This document shows, in pieces, positions 10,206 to 19,437 of a stretch of 64,000 nt of DNA (position 1 is the first letter of the stretch; each line of letters starts with the position of its first letter). The stretch is from an uncultured Acidimicrobiales bacterium (GTDB lineage: Bacteria > Actinomycetota > Acidimicrobiia > Acidimicrobiales > UBA10347). The notes beneath the pieces were generated by a model that did no database searches, was not told the DNA's origin, and saw only the letters and a list, made by a program, of their open reading frames with translations. The stretch lies in the NCBI GenBank assembly GCA_943788915.1, contig CALSSD010000008.1, forward strand, positions 186,001 to 250,000, written 5' to 3'. Position numbers and translations under genes: made by a program.

Positions 10206-11222
10206 CTACTTTGGTGACGGCGGATCTACCGGCACAGTGGTGGCATCGGTGAGTTGGGAATCGGTCACCACCGCTGCAAGGACATGTACGACACCAGCGA
10301 GATGTGGGCTGGGGATGGGCAGGAGTCGTACCCATCTGGGCGCCAATCCTGCGACACCAAGCTCAAAGTCACAAGGCTGCCCGGTCTCGAAAACGGCGGC
10401 GAGGCCACCAAGGATCTCGTCGGCTCGCTCGCTCTGGGCCAACAGATCCTCGAAGACGTCGGCGCCACGTGCATCATCGGCGCTCAGTTCGGACCACGCT
10501 CCTTGGACGAATGTTGCGCGACCGTCGACGTCGATCTCCAACATGGGCGTGGTGCGATCACCAATGCTCTCGCGTACGGCATCGCGCAGCTCAGGAATCG
10601 TGTCGGCCGGCATCATCGCGACGTAGGCCATATGTGCGTCGGAATCGTCGTGGGGCAAGTCCTCATCGACGCCAGCAGGCGTAGCTGGCAGCGACGTTGC
10701 GGTGGTAGCAGCCGGTAGGACGGGTGCAGCTACAACTGGCGCTGCCGTTGTGTGCTCCCCACTGTCAACGGCTTCGGCTGGTGATACGGCCGGTGCAACA
10801 CTCGAGATGGTTGGTTCAAAGTGAGCTGCAGCGGAACCACCAGATCCAGGCCGACCACTGGTCTCAGCTTCTGGTTCGGTTATCGCGCTCAGAGTCAGAG
10901 TCACGCCACCATCGACTACCTGGTCGATGGCCACGACCAGTGAGATCCATCGATCGTCAGCGGCAAAGAGTCGGGTTCTCACCGGCTGGTTCGCTGTCGG
11001 CCACCAGATGGCGCTCCCTGGCTCGCAGCGAGCGAGCATGCCCCTAACGACTGCCGTTTGAAGCGGGTGCACCAAGTCCAGCAAGTTGATACCAGCCAGT
11101 GCTTCGACAGGCTGCCCGATCAGCTCAAGAAACTGTGGCGAGACAGCCTGAAACCAGCCGTGGGTATTCGTCGTGATCGTGGCGAGAACCGCTCCTTGGT
11201 TCTCGTTCGTTGCCTCATCCAT
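10206..11222 (-). CDS. PAS domain-containing protein with no output domain
   Basis: VSPQFLELIG...LAGINLLDLVHP PAS-like; second PAS-like region after an Ala/Pro/Thr linker. Confidence 0.55.
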   Translation of the reverse strand: MDEATNENQGAVLATITTNTHGWFQAVSPQFLELIGQPVEALAGINLLDLVHPLQTAVVRGMLARCEPGSAIWWPTANQPVRTRLFAADDRWISLVVAIDQVVDGGVTLTLSAITEPEAETSGRPGSGGSAAAHFEPTISSVAPAVSPAEAVDSGEHTTAAPVVAAPVLPAATTATSLPATPAGVDEDLPHDDSDAHMAYVAMMPADTIPELRDAVRESIGDRTTPMLEIDVDGRATFVQGAWSELSADDARGADVFEDLLAQSERADEILGGLAAVFETGQPCDFELGVAGLAPRWVRLLPIPSPHLAGVVHVLAAVVTDSQLTDATTVPVDPPSPK

Positions 11223-11282
11223 AGTGAAAGCGAACACTACTGGTCCTCGTTCGACCGACGGCGCAGGTCAGCGAGTTGGGCC

Positions 11283-12389
11283 CTATGGCTTCCACTCGGC
11301 GTAGTAGTTAGGAGCACCCATTTCCTTGACGTCGGTGTTCCAATCGCTCTCGTAGGGCCAGTCGGCTTCTTGGCCTTCAAGCGGCCCCTGCCAGAAACGA
11401 GCGAGTGGGCCTTCGACGCTTGGCTCCAGCGACCAGGCTTGGCGGCGGTAGGCAAAATTGTCGGGCACCAGCTCGTGCGCCTGGCGGAAGTGGCCGATCG
11501 CGGCCTCGTGTGCACCCGCGAGCTCGAAATGGGTCGCGAGTTCGAAGTGGGCGACACCCCGAGCGGTGTCTTCGTTTCGAGTGCCAGAACGGTCAATGAC
11601 CTGGTCCGGGGCGAGTGCGAACTCACTGTCGGCGCCGTTCGCGATCCAGTCACGCATGGCCGCCTCGTAGGTCGGCGCGTCGTAGGTGATCTGTGATGCA
11701 TGGGCCATCATCTCGACGACTCTGGCAGGCGGGTCTTCCATCGCTCGTTGGTTCGGAGTGCGTTCTACACCCACCGACGGCGGGGCCGGCGATGTTTCAG
11801 CCGGGCGCACGATCATGCCGTCTTCGTCGATCCACACAGCGTTCGGAATGTTGACAACACCGAACAACTCGGCGACTCGATGGTGCTCGTCGATCAGCGA
11901 TGGGTGTTGCGGATCTGCTGCTTCTATGAATGAACGGCAAGCTTCAGGGCCTGCCGTGTCGATACCAACGGTGACAACCTCGACGCCTTGGGCCTTGACG
12001 TCTTCGCGAAATGCCTGCCACACGGGCAGGTCAGCAGAACAACCTCAATACGGCGACCAGGCGACGAGAACGACCTTCTTGCCTCGAAGCGACGCCAACT
12101 CGAACGTCTCACCATCGAGCGTGGGAAGCGTGAGGTTTGGCGCTTCGACGGTCGCCAGCACCCGGGAACCCATCGATTCAGGACCCAACGCCCACACGCC
12201 GTGTGCTTCGTCATGTACCAACGGCATGTTCAATTGCGGCGCCAGCGTTGCCAGGTTGATGGTGCCGCCCTGGGGATTTTCGGCCAGCGGCACACAAATA
12301 TCTCCCTTGCAGGCACCTTCGGGTTTCAGCTGCCAACCTGTCCGGGTCTCGAAGTCGGCCCGGCTGACGGTAAGCGTCTCGGTGATCAT
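11283..12389 (-). CDS. Selenoprotein: TlpA/ResA-like thioredoxin-fold redoxin with a U-G-C motif (Sec TGA at 12045-12047)
   Basis: ORFs 12045-12389 and 11283-12023 are in the same frame: LRGKKVVLVAWSPY-TGA-GCSADLPVWQ; SECIS-like hairpin follows. Confidence 0.85.
12014..12030 (-). promoter_or_regulatory. Candidate bacterial SECIS hairpin for the redoxin
   Basis: CCTGCC-CGTGT-GGCAGG stem-loop 14 nt 3' of the TGA. Confidence 0.65.
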
Positions 12390-12544
12390 CCCGTGACCCT
12401 AGTGGGGCCGTTCGCAGGCCCAGTGTCTGAGCTAACTGCCGGTGGCGAAACTACCGATTGCTCCGACGCCGGGTTCTGAGCCGAAGCTCAGAAAAGTGCG
12501 CTCCTTCAGCAGCGAAGCCGAGTCGCTGAGAATCACTGTGGCGC

Positions 12545-13495
12545 CTATGTGGTCACCGAAGCGGGATCACAGTTTGCGCCGCACACGATCACCGCGACCG
12601 TCTCGTTAGCTGCCGGAACATACACGCCGCTCCACAACGCGGCCGCTGCTGTCGCTCCACCCGGCTCAACAACGAGTTGCATCGATGACCAGAACCGGCG
12701 TTGTGCGTCGCGGATGGCATCGTCGGCAACGGTGATAGACAAAGCGTTGGCATGACGAAGCGCGTCCCAGTTGGTCTCGCCAATCCGGCGCGCTCCAAGT
12801 GAGTCGGCAGCAACACCGGCGACAGTCACGTCGACTGGTTCACCGGCCTGCATCGCGGCTGAAAAACAACACGACGTTTCGGGCTCGACCACAACGACCT
12901 TGGTCCCGGAGCCGTCGAACCATGCGGCAATCCCCGACGACAGTCCCCCGCCGCCAAGCGACACCAGCACCGTGTCAACGTCGGGAAGATCTTCTTCGAT
13001 TTCGAGCCCGATGGTGCCAGCACCTGCGATGGTGCCGTCGTGGTCATAGGCATGGATATCGAGCGCACCGGTTTCGAGTTGCCGAGTCCGACAAGCAGCT
13101 AGGGCATCGTCGTACAGAGCACCAGTCACATGGACCGTGGCTCCGAGTTTGCGAATCTTGTCGACCTTTGCTGGCGGTGAAACTTCGGGAACGAAGATCT
13201 CACCCGGCACACCAAGTCGCTGAGCAACCCACGCGACCGCAAGTCCGTGATTGCCTCCCGATGCTGCGATGAGCCCGCTGTCGGGAACGTCAGAGGTCAG
13301 GGCGCGATGAAGCGCTCCTCGAGGTTTGAATGAACCGGTGTGCTGCAATAGCTCAAGCTTGTTGACGACCTGTCCGCTTGTTCCGAAGAACTCCGCGCCA
13401 CCGTCAAGCATTGGTGTGCGCCGAACACCACCCGCAATCAATGATGCGGCGGCCTCGATGTCGACCCGGGTTACCGGTTGAGTTTTGTTATCCAT
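12545..13495 (-). CDS. Threonine/serine dehydratase family PLP enzyme
   Basis: KLELLQHTGSFKPRGA, ASGGNHG, GGGGL, VEPGGA; start overlaps the upstream stop (TGATG). Confidence 0.88.
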   Translation of the reverse strand: MDNKTQPVTRVDIEAAASLIAGGVRRTPMLDGGAEFFGTSGQVVNKLELLQHTGSFKPRGALHRALTSDVPDSGLIAASGGNHGLAVAWVAQRLGVPGEIFVPEVSPPAKVDKIRKLGATVHVTGALYDDALAACRTRQLETGALDIHAYDHDGTIAGAGTIGLEIEEDLPDVDTVLVSLGGGGLSSGIAAWFDGSGTKVVVVEPETSCCFSAAMQAGEPVDVTVAGVAADSLGARRIGETNWDALRHANALSITVADDAIRDAQRRFWSSMQLVVEPGGATAAAALWSGVYVPAANETVAVIVCGANCDPASVTT

Positions 13496-14169
13496 CAGAT
13501 GCCCTCGGTGACTCGACGAAGCGTACGCAACGATCCGGTGTGACCGATCTCGTCGAACGCACCGGACTCTATAGCTCTGGTCCAAATCTCGAACGGTGGC
13601 CGGCCACCATCGGCAAGGTTGGGGAACACGTCGTGAATGAGGAGCAGGCCGCCAACCGCGATCTTCGGTACCCAGTTTTCGTAGTCGGCATGAGCCGGTT
13701 CGTGGCCATGACCACCGTCGATGAACAGCAGCGAGAGTGGCGTATTCCAGTGTGATGCGACCGTGGTCGAGTCGCCAACGAGGGCAACGACGGTGCCTTC
13801 GAGACCGGCCTCGTACACCGTGCGGCGAAAGATCGGCAGCGTGTCCATCTTGTCGATAGCTGGGTCGACCAGGTCGGACTCGTGATGTTCCCAGCCAGCC
13901 TGGTTCTCTTCGCTGCCTCGATGGTGGTCGAGCGCGAAAAGGACGGTGCCTCGGGCCTGGGCGGCAAACCCGAAGTACAACGCTGACTTGCCGCAGTAGC
14001 TGCCGACCTCGAGCCACGGCCCGTCGACCGGCGCCTGAAATGCCGATGCATACAACGCCTGGCCTTCGTCGACCGGCATGAAACCACGAGCCGCTTCGGC
14101 AAGTGTCCGCTGATCCGCAGGCATGTTGGATGGCGATTCTGATGATTCTGATGATGTGGTGTGGGTCAT
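13495..14169 (-). CDS. Class I SAM methyltransferase (Methyltransf_24-like)
   Basis: EVGSYCGKS, DHHRGSEE, LFIDGGH, IHDVF. Confidence 0.85.
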   Translation of the reverse strand: MTHTTSSESSESPSNMPADQRTLAEAARGFMPVDEGQALYASAFQAPVDGPWLEVGSYCGKSALYFGFAAQARGTVLFALDHHRGSEENQAGWEHHESDLVDPAIDKMDTLPIFRRTVYEAGLEGTVVALVGDSTTVASHWNTPLSLLFIDGGHGHEPAHADYENWVPKIAVGGLLLIHDVFPNLADGGRPPFEIWTRAIESGAFDEIGHTGSLRTLRRVTEGI

Positions 14170-14609
14170 GACATGGCCTCGATTGCTGCTGGCCCGAACA
14201 GATACTTTTCGAGCACGAAGAACTTCAGTACCCACACGATGCCGAAGGCGCACAGGTTCGCCGCGAGAAACACCAACGATGCATCCGTAAATCGATCAGT
14301 GATCGCTACAAACGCGGTCGACAACAACGCTCCAAGAAATGACATTGCCCAGAACGGTGCGATCTCGCGGCGGACACTGTTGGCCCCGCGTTTGTTCCAC
14401 ACCCAACGGCGATTCAGGATGTAGTTCGGTATGGCGAGGACCGAAACCGCCAGGATGTTGGCCACAACAGGTCGCATGTTGGCCAGTTCAAGCAGGATCC
14501 ACAACAGGGCCAATCCGAGCGGCACTGTGAGGACCGACACCGCAGCAAAACGAATGAGCTTCGCTAGGTCGGATTTGACGAAGACAATCAACGACGAAAG
14601 CGAGCTCAC
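14166..14609 (-). CDS. GtrA family membrane protein
   Basis: Four TM segments, LIRFAAV, NYILNRRWVW, KYLF. Confidence 0.8.
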   Translation of the reverse strand: MSSLSSLIVFVKSDLAKLIRFAAVSVLTVPLGLALLWILLELANMRPVVANILAVSVLAIPNYILNRRWVWNKRGANSVRREIAPFWAMSFLGALLSTAFVAITDRFTDASLVFLAANLCAFGIVWVLKFFVLEKYLFGPAAIEAMS

Positions 14610-14679
14610 CGCGGTCGAGGTTACCGCTCGGGCCGGGGTCCCCCGACCGCAAGCGCTGCGGATCGTACGATCGGGCTAG

Positions 14680-15607
14680 ATGGCTCTCGAACGAGCACGG
14701 TTGCAGGCGGTCAGGCTCGTCCTCGGCGCGTTCGTCTTGTTAGCGGCCTCATGTAGTTCTGGACCGACTGCTTCGCCATCGGGCGGCACCGAACGGGCGG
14801 ATCGCTCCCCAAGTCGCAGCGACAGCGACCGGGCTCGCTCAACAGATCGCGCAGGCCGAGCGTGGCCTTCTTGCCGATGGAGCAACGCCAGCGGAACTGG
14901 CTGTGTGGGGCCACCAACATCAGGTTGCGATCCGCAAACTCGGCTACGAACCCGACTGGGACATCGAGTTCTTCGAAGCGCTGCCATCGGAGTTCCAGGC
15001 TCGCACGCTGTTGCACGTGTCCGCACGCCGTTCCTTGATCGATCTCAGTAGCGGATACGACGCCGCCGACTTCATTCCCGCATGGCAGATCATCGACCCT
15101 GAGCCCGCCGATGCGCTCCTGAGCTATTACCAACAAGCCGAAGCTGCCACCGGCATCGAATGGGAATACCTGGCCGCAATCAATCTCATCGAGACCGGCA
15201 TGGGCCGGATCCGGGGCCTGAGCAGCGCTGGCGCGCAGGGACCCATGCAGTTCCTCCCAACCACCTGGGATGAGGCCGGCATTGGCCAAGGCGATATCAA
15301 CAACCCCCAGGACGCCATCAACGGCGCAGCCCGGTACCTCGTCCGCCGGGGCGGGCCTGGCGATATGTCGGGTGCAATCTGGGGATACAACAACTCCGAT
15401 GACTATGTAAGCGCGGTGCAGGCCTATGCCGCGCTGCTGCGCCAAGACCCTGCCGCATATGCCGCTATCTACAACTGGGAGATCTACTTCTACACCGAAG
15501 CGGGCGACGTCTGGTTACCAGCTGGATTCCGCACCGACGAGGTCATTGACCTGACCGACTTCCTTGCCGCCAATCCGTGGTCAGCACCCGATCCAGGTCT
15601 CCGCTAA
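14680..15607 (+). CDS. Lytic transglycosylase (SLT) lipoprotein with a frameshift near 14760-14800
   Basis: Lipobox LAASC in one frame; LAAINLIET, SSAGAQGPMQFLPTTW and YNNS in the next frame. Confidence 0.8.
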
Positions 15608-15803
15608 CCACCAAGCAAGAGACTGGCGAATCTTTCGCTCGAGCGAGGCCATGATGGAACCAACGCTTTTGAGGAGCGTCAGGTACCTATTTGGTACATC
15701 ACGCTCCTTATTTGCTTCTTGGTGGGGCGCGTTGGTGACAGCGATATGGCAGTGACCAACACCAGGCCGGATCCCAGGTCCAACCACGTCCTACACTCGC
15801 TGC

Positions 15804-17477
15804 GTGCTGGGCATCTCACTTCTCGCTGCTGAAGAAGGAAACAACTTCCTCGAACAAGAGTTGAGTGTCGTTGTGCTGCTCACGGTTGCGGCTGCGATGG
15901 CGATCATGGTCAAGCGGATCAAGATGCCGTACACCGTCGCTCTTGTACTCGTCGGCTTGGCCTTCGCGTTCTTCCCCAGTTTCGTTGACCTGGACTTCTC
16001 ACCAGAACTCATCCTAGGGCTGCTGATTCCGCCACTGCTTTTCGAAGCCACCCTGCATTTGCCATGGGCCAAACTCAAGGCTGACCTTGTCCCGATCCTG
16101 ATCTTTGCCATCGGCGGAACCATGCTGGGCACGTTCGCCGTCGGCTGGATCGTGTGGGCACTTGTTGGTGTGCCATGGCTCGCCGCGGTTGCCTTCGGTG
16201 CGCTGATATCGGCCACCGACCCGGTTGCGGTCATCGCGTTCTTCAAATCTCTCGGTGTCACCAAACGACTATCGGTTCTGGTCGAAGGCGAAAGCCTGTT
16301 TAACGACGCCGTCGCGTTCGTGGCCTTCACACTGGCCGTCGATGCTGCGGCACCCGACCAAAGTTTCGGTATCGGCAACGCAATCGGCGACTTCCTCATT
16401 GTCGGCGGTGGCGGCCTGGCCGTTGGTCTGGTGCTTGGTTGGTTTGTGGCCTCGGTGGTGCTTGCTCGGGTAGACGACGCCCTGATCGAAACAACGACCA
16501 GCCTGGCTTTGGCCTATGGGTCGTTCTTGGTCGCCGAGGAATTTGGGCTCATCTTCAACATCGAAGATCTGCACTTCAGCGGCATCCTCGCCGTGGTCGC
16601 CGCCGGCCTCATGGTCGGCAACATCGGGCTGCGCAACACCTCGCCCACCACTCGCATCACGCTCGAATACTTCTGGGAAGTCCTGGCGTTCTTGGTCAAC
16701 TCGCTGGTGTTCCTGGTCATTGGGCTCAAGATCAATCTGCGTGAGATCGATATCGGCGAGAACATCCTGAACGTACTCATCGCAATCGGCGCGATTCTGA
16801 CAACCCGATTGATCATCGTCTACGGCTTTGGGGCTCTGCACGCCAAGATTCAGCCAAGTCGACGGGTACCAATCCCGTTCCGCCACATCATGTATTGGGG
16901 CGGGTTGCGAGGCGCGATCTCGCTTGCCCTCGCGCTGTTGCTCGAAGAAAGCGACTTCTCTCCTGAGGTCGTCGACACGCTGCTGGTCATGACGTTTGGG
17001 GTTGTGCTCTTCACCCTGCTGATACAAGGCACCACAATCAGCGGACTGATCGCTCGTCTCGGCCTGTCGGGCCAAGAAGCGAACCAACGCCATCAGCAAG
17101 AAATTCAAGCCAGGATCTATTCCCTCCGGGCAGGATCGGCCGAGATCAAACGCCTCGGAACCGAAGGTGTGCTGTTCTCCTCAATGGCAAGCGCCATGCA
17201 AACCACCTACGACGAAGAGGTCGGCGACGCTCGCCGAGAACTCAGCGACCACTTCGACAGCCACCCTGAGCTCGAAGTCGCCATGTTGCTACAGGCACGC
17301 CGCGATGCACTGGTTGCGGAACAGTCGGCGATCGGCGAAATGGAGCGCAGCGGATTCATCAGCACCGACGTTGGCCACCACATGGCGGTCGAATTGAACA
17401 ATCGCATGGCAGCACTTGAGCTGATCGAAGAGCGCTGGGAAACTAACGCCCCTCCGTATGGAGAACTGGACCACTGA
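15804..17477 (+). CDS. CPA1 family Na+/H+ antiporter
   Basis: ISATDPVAV, EGESLFNDA, GGLRGAISLAL; leaderless TACACT-N6-GTG. Confidence 0.92.
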   Translation: MLGISLLAAEEGNNFLEQELSVVVLLTVAAAMAIMVKRIKMPYTVALVLVGLAFAFFPSFVDLDFSPELILGLLIPPLLFEATLHLPWAKLKADLVPILIFAIGGTMLGTFAVGWIVWALVGVPWLAAVAFGALISATDPVAVIAFFKSLGVTKRLSVLVEGESLFNDAVAFVAFTLAVDAAAPDQSFGIGNAIGDFLIVGGGGLAVGLVLGWFVASVVLARVDDALIETTTSLALAYGSFLVAEEFGLIFNIEDLHFSGILAVVAAGLMVGNIGLRNTSPTTRITLEYFWEVLAFLVNSLVFLVIGLKINLREIDIGENILNVLIAIGAILTTRLIIVYGFGALHAKIQPSRRVPIPFRHIMYWGGLRGAISLALALLLEESDFSPEVVDTLLVMTFGVVLFTLLIQGTTISGLIARLGLSGQEANQRHQQEIQARIYSLRAGSAEIKRLGTEGVLFSSMASAMQTTYDEEVGDARRELSDHFDSHPELEVAMLLQARRDALVAEQSAIGEMERSGFISTDVGHHMAVELNNRMAALELIEERWETNAPPYGELDH

Positions 17478-17929
17478 TGAGCTCTGACGCATTCGGTGAA
17501 CTCATCTATGTCAGCTGGGGTGGCACGGGCCGAGGCGCAGCATTACGTGCCGCCTATGACCAGGCCGCCGACGCCGATCAGACACTTACCTATCTGGCCA
17601 TACTCGACCCGCCGCATTTTGCTGACCTCGACCTCAACCTCATGAAGCTTGTGGTCGATGAGCTGGAATGGCTTCTGAATGCACACATGCGCACTGTCGC
17701 CGCAGCCAGCTACAAACAAGTCGAAACGACCCGGGTCATCGTGCGCACCGGCGAGGTCGACGACGAGGTCATCGAACTCGCCCACCAGACCGGTGCGAAC
17801 TCCATTGTGCTCGGTGCACCACTCGCGACCGCCAGCGGCACTCCCGTCGAAGACCTTGTCGCCGTGCTGCGTAAGCGCACCGGGGCGAGCGTCTCCATCG
17901 TGGACCCAGAAGCGCCCGTTCTGGGCTGA
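17477..17929 (+). CDS. Universal stress protein
   Basis: VRTGEVDDEVIELA...SIVLG; translationally coupled to the antiporter. Confidence 0.7.
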   Translation: MSSDAFGELIYVSWGGTGRGAALRAAYDQAADADQTLTYLAILDPPHFADLDLNLMKLVVDELEWLLNAHMRTVAAASYKQVETTRVIVRTGEVDDEVIELAHQTGANSIVLGAPLATASGTPVEDLVAVLRKRTGASVSIVDPEAPVLG

Positions 17930-18019
17930 GGCCTGGGCCATAGGACTGCTGCTACCCGCCGTCCCGGCCTAACGCGACGCCACACCTGTAGCCCGCATTG
18001 TGCAAAGGCTTCTCGAGTG

Positions 18020-18460
18020 ATGGAAGGCAGCCACTGGACCAATGGGTTGATGGTGCACGATGTATTTCACGCCCTGCCCGCTCGGGATCACCCGGCCGTA
18101 CGTGCGTGTTGCCTCGCCAGCATCCCGCTCGAAGAACTCACATCCTCGAATGACTTCGAGCTTGGCCTGCGGAAACGGCTTGCCGTGCTCCAGAGTGATT
18201 GAATGCGCTATCTCGTCCTGTCGGTCGCGCATCAGCGCATCAGCGCTGCGGCCTGACGGACCAGGTCGACTCGTTGTTTGGGCGCAGTGTGACTCCATAC
18301 GGCGAACCCGTCGTGTGCTGCCTGGAGCACATCATCAAGATCCTACGGTTGAGCGATCGGCACCCGACCGATCTCTTCTTCGGTCGCGGGGTTGATCACC
18401 GGCAGGTGCGTCTGGGTAGATCTCCAGGAACCGCCGATGTACAGCTGGAGTTCTGGTACG
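18020..18460 (-). pseudogene. Degraded NAD(P)-dependent aldehyde dehydrogenase (succinate-semialdehyde DH-like), N-terminal fragment
   Basis: LQLYIGGSW...VINPATEEEIG, in-frame TAG at 18343-18345, 8-bp duplication at 18229-18244, ITLEHGKP...QPIGPVAAF then truncated. Confidence 0.8.
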
Positions 18461-18555
18461 TCAGCACGATGACATGAGGCCCATTCGATAGACGAACCGG
18501 CCCGAGCACACCCAGTGATGCTGCTACCCCGAGGTGTTACGTGTACCCCTGGGTG

Positions 18556-19437
18556 TTACTTGGTGGTGATGGTCGGTTGGACGTACTGCCAGCCAAAACG
18601 GCCCTTGATACACAGATGGCCGTTGGTTACGTCGTGATCGTGGGGTGACGTGACCTTGACGATCGTGTCGTCTTGGACATGCATTTCCAGGTTGCAGCCG
18701 ACACCGCAGTACGAACACACCGTGGTGGTGACCGTCTGCTCCTCGGGTTTCCACTGATCGACCTGACGCAGATCCCATTCGGTCTTGAACTGCAACGCAT
18801 TCGTTGGGCACACATCGACGCAGTTACCGCAATAGACACACGCTGAGTCAGGCAAGGAGATATCGAACTCGGTGCTGATGCGAGCGCCGAACCCGCGGCC
18901 TGCAATCGATATGGCAAACGTGTGCTGGGCGTCGTCGCCACATGCCGAGACGCACTTGTAACACAACACGCACTTGTCGTAATCACGGATGTACAGGTCG
19001 TCTTGGACCTTGACCTCTTCGTTGATCTTCTCGGCCAACGGGCCATAACGGTCCGGGTCGGCGCCGTAATGTTCGCCCCACGAATTCAGGTCGTCGGCCT
19101 GGCTCAGGTCAACGCCGGAGCCGAGGAACTCAAGGACCATCTTGCGGCTGTGGCGCACCCGGTCTGAGTCCGTATGTACCACCATGCCTTCTTCGGCAGG
19201 ACGTGAACACGATGGAATCAGCGTGCGGCTGCCTTCGAGCTCCACAACACAAACGCGGCACACGTTCACTGGTGCCAGGTTGTCGGAGTAACACAACGTC
19301 GGTGTATCGATGCCGGCCGACTTGCAGCCGTCGAGGACGGTGCCGCCCTCGGGCACCTTCACGTCGACACCATCGATGCTGATGGTCACCGTCCGGATGC
19401 TGACGCCGACCTCGGATGGGTTCATGGTTCCGGTCAT
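18556..19437 (-). CDS. Formate dehydrogenase Fe-S subunit (2Fe-2S, 4Fe-4S dicluster and C-terminal Molybdop_Fe4S4 domain)
   Basis: PTLC...CRVCVV..C; CVLCYKCVSAC; CVYCGNCVDVCP; TVCSYCGVGC...LCIKGRFG. Confidence 0.9.
   Translation of the reverse strand: MTGTMNPSEVGVSIRTVTISIDGVDVKVPEGGTVLDGCKSAGIDTPTLCYSDNLAPVNVCRVCVVELEGSRTLIPSCSRPAEEGMVVHTDSDRVRHSRKMVLEFLGSGVDLSQADDLNSWGEHYGADPDRYGPLAEKINEEVKVQDDLYIRDYDKCVLCYKCVSACGDDAQHTFAISIAGRGFGARISTEFDISLPDSACVYCGNCVDVCPTNALQFKTEWDLRQVDQWKPEEQTVTTTVCSYCGVGCNLEMHVQDDTIVKVTSPHDHDVTNGHLCIKGRFGWQYVQPTITTK

Noticed and set aside
15620..15680. c-di-AMP (ydaO) riboswitch resemblance (gaatc...ggaacc...ttttg)
   Set aside because: The conserved 3' half of that motif is absent
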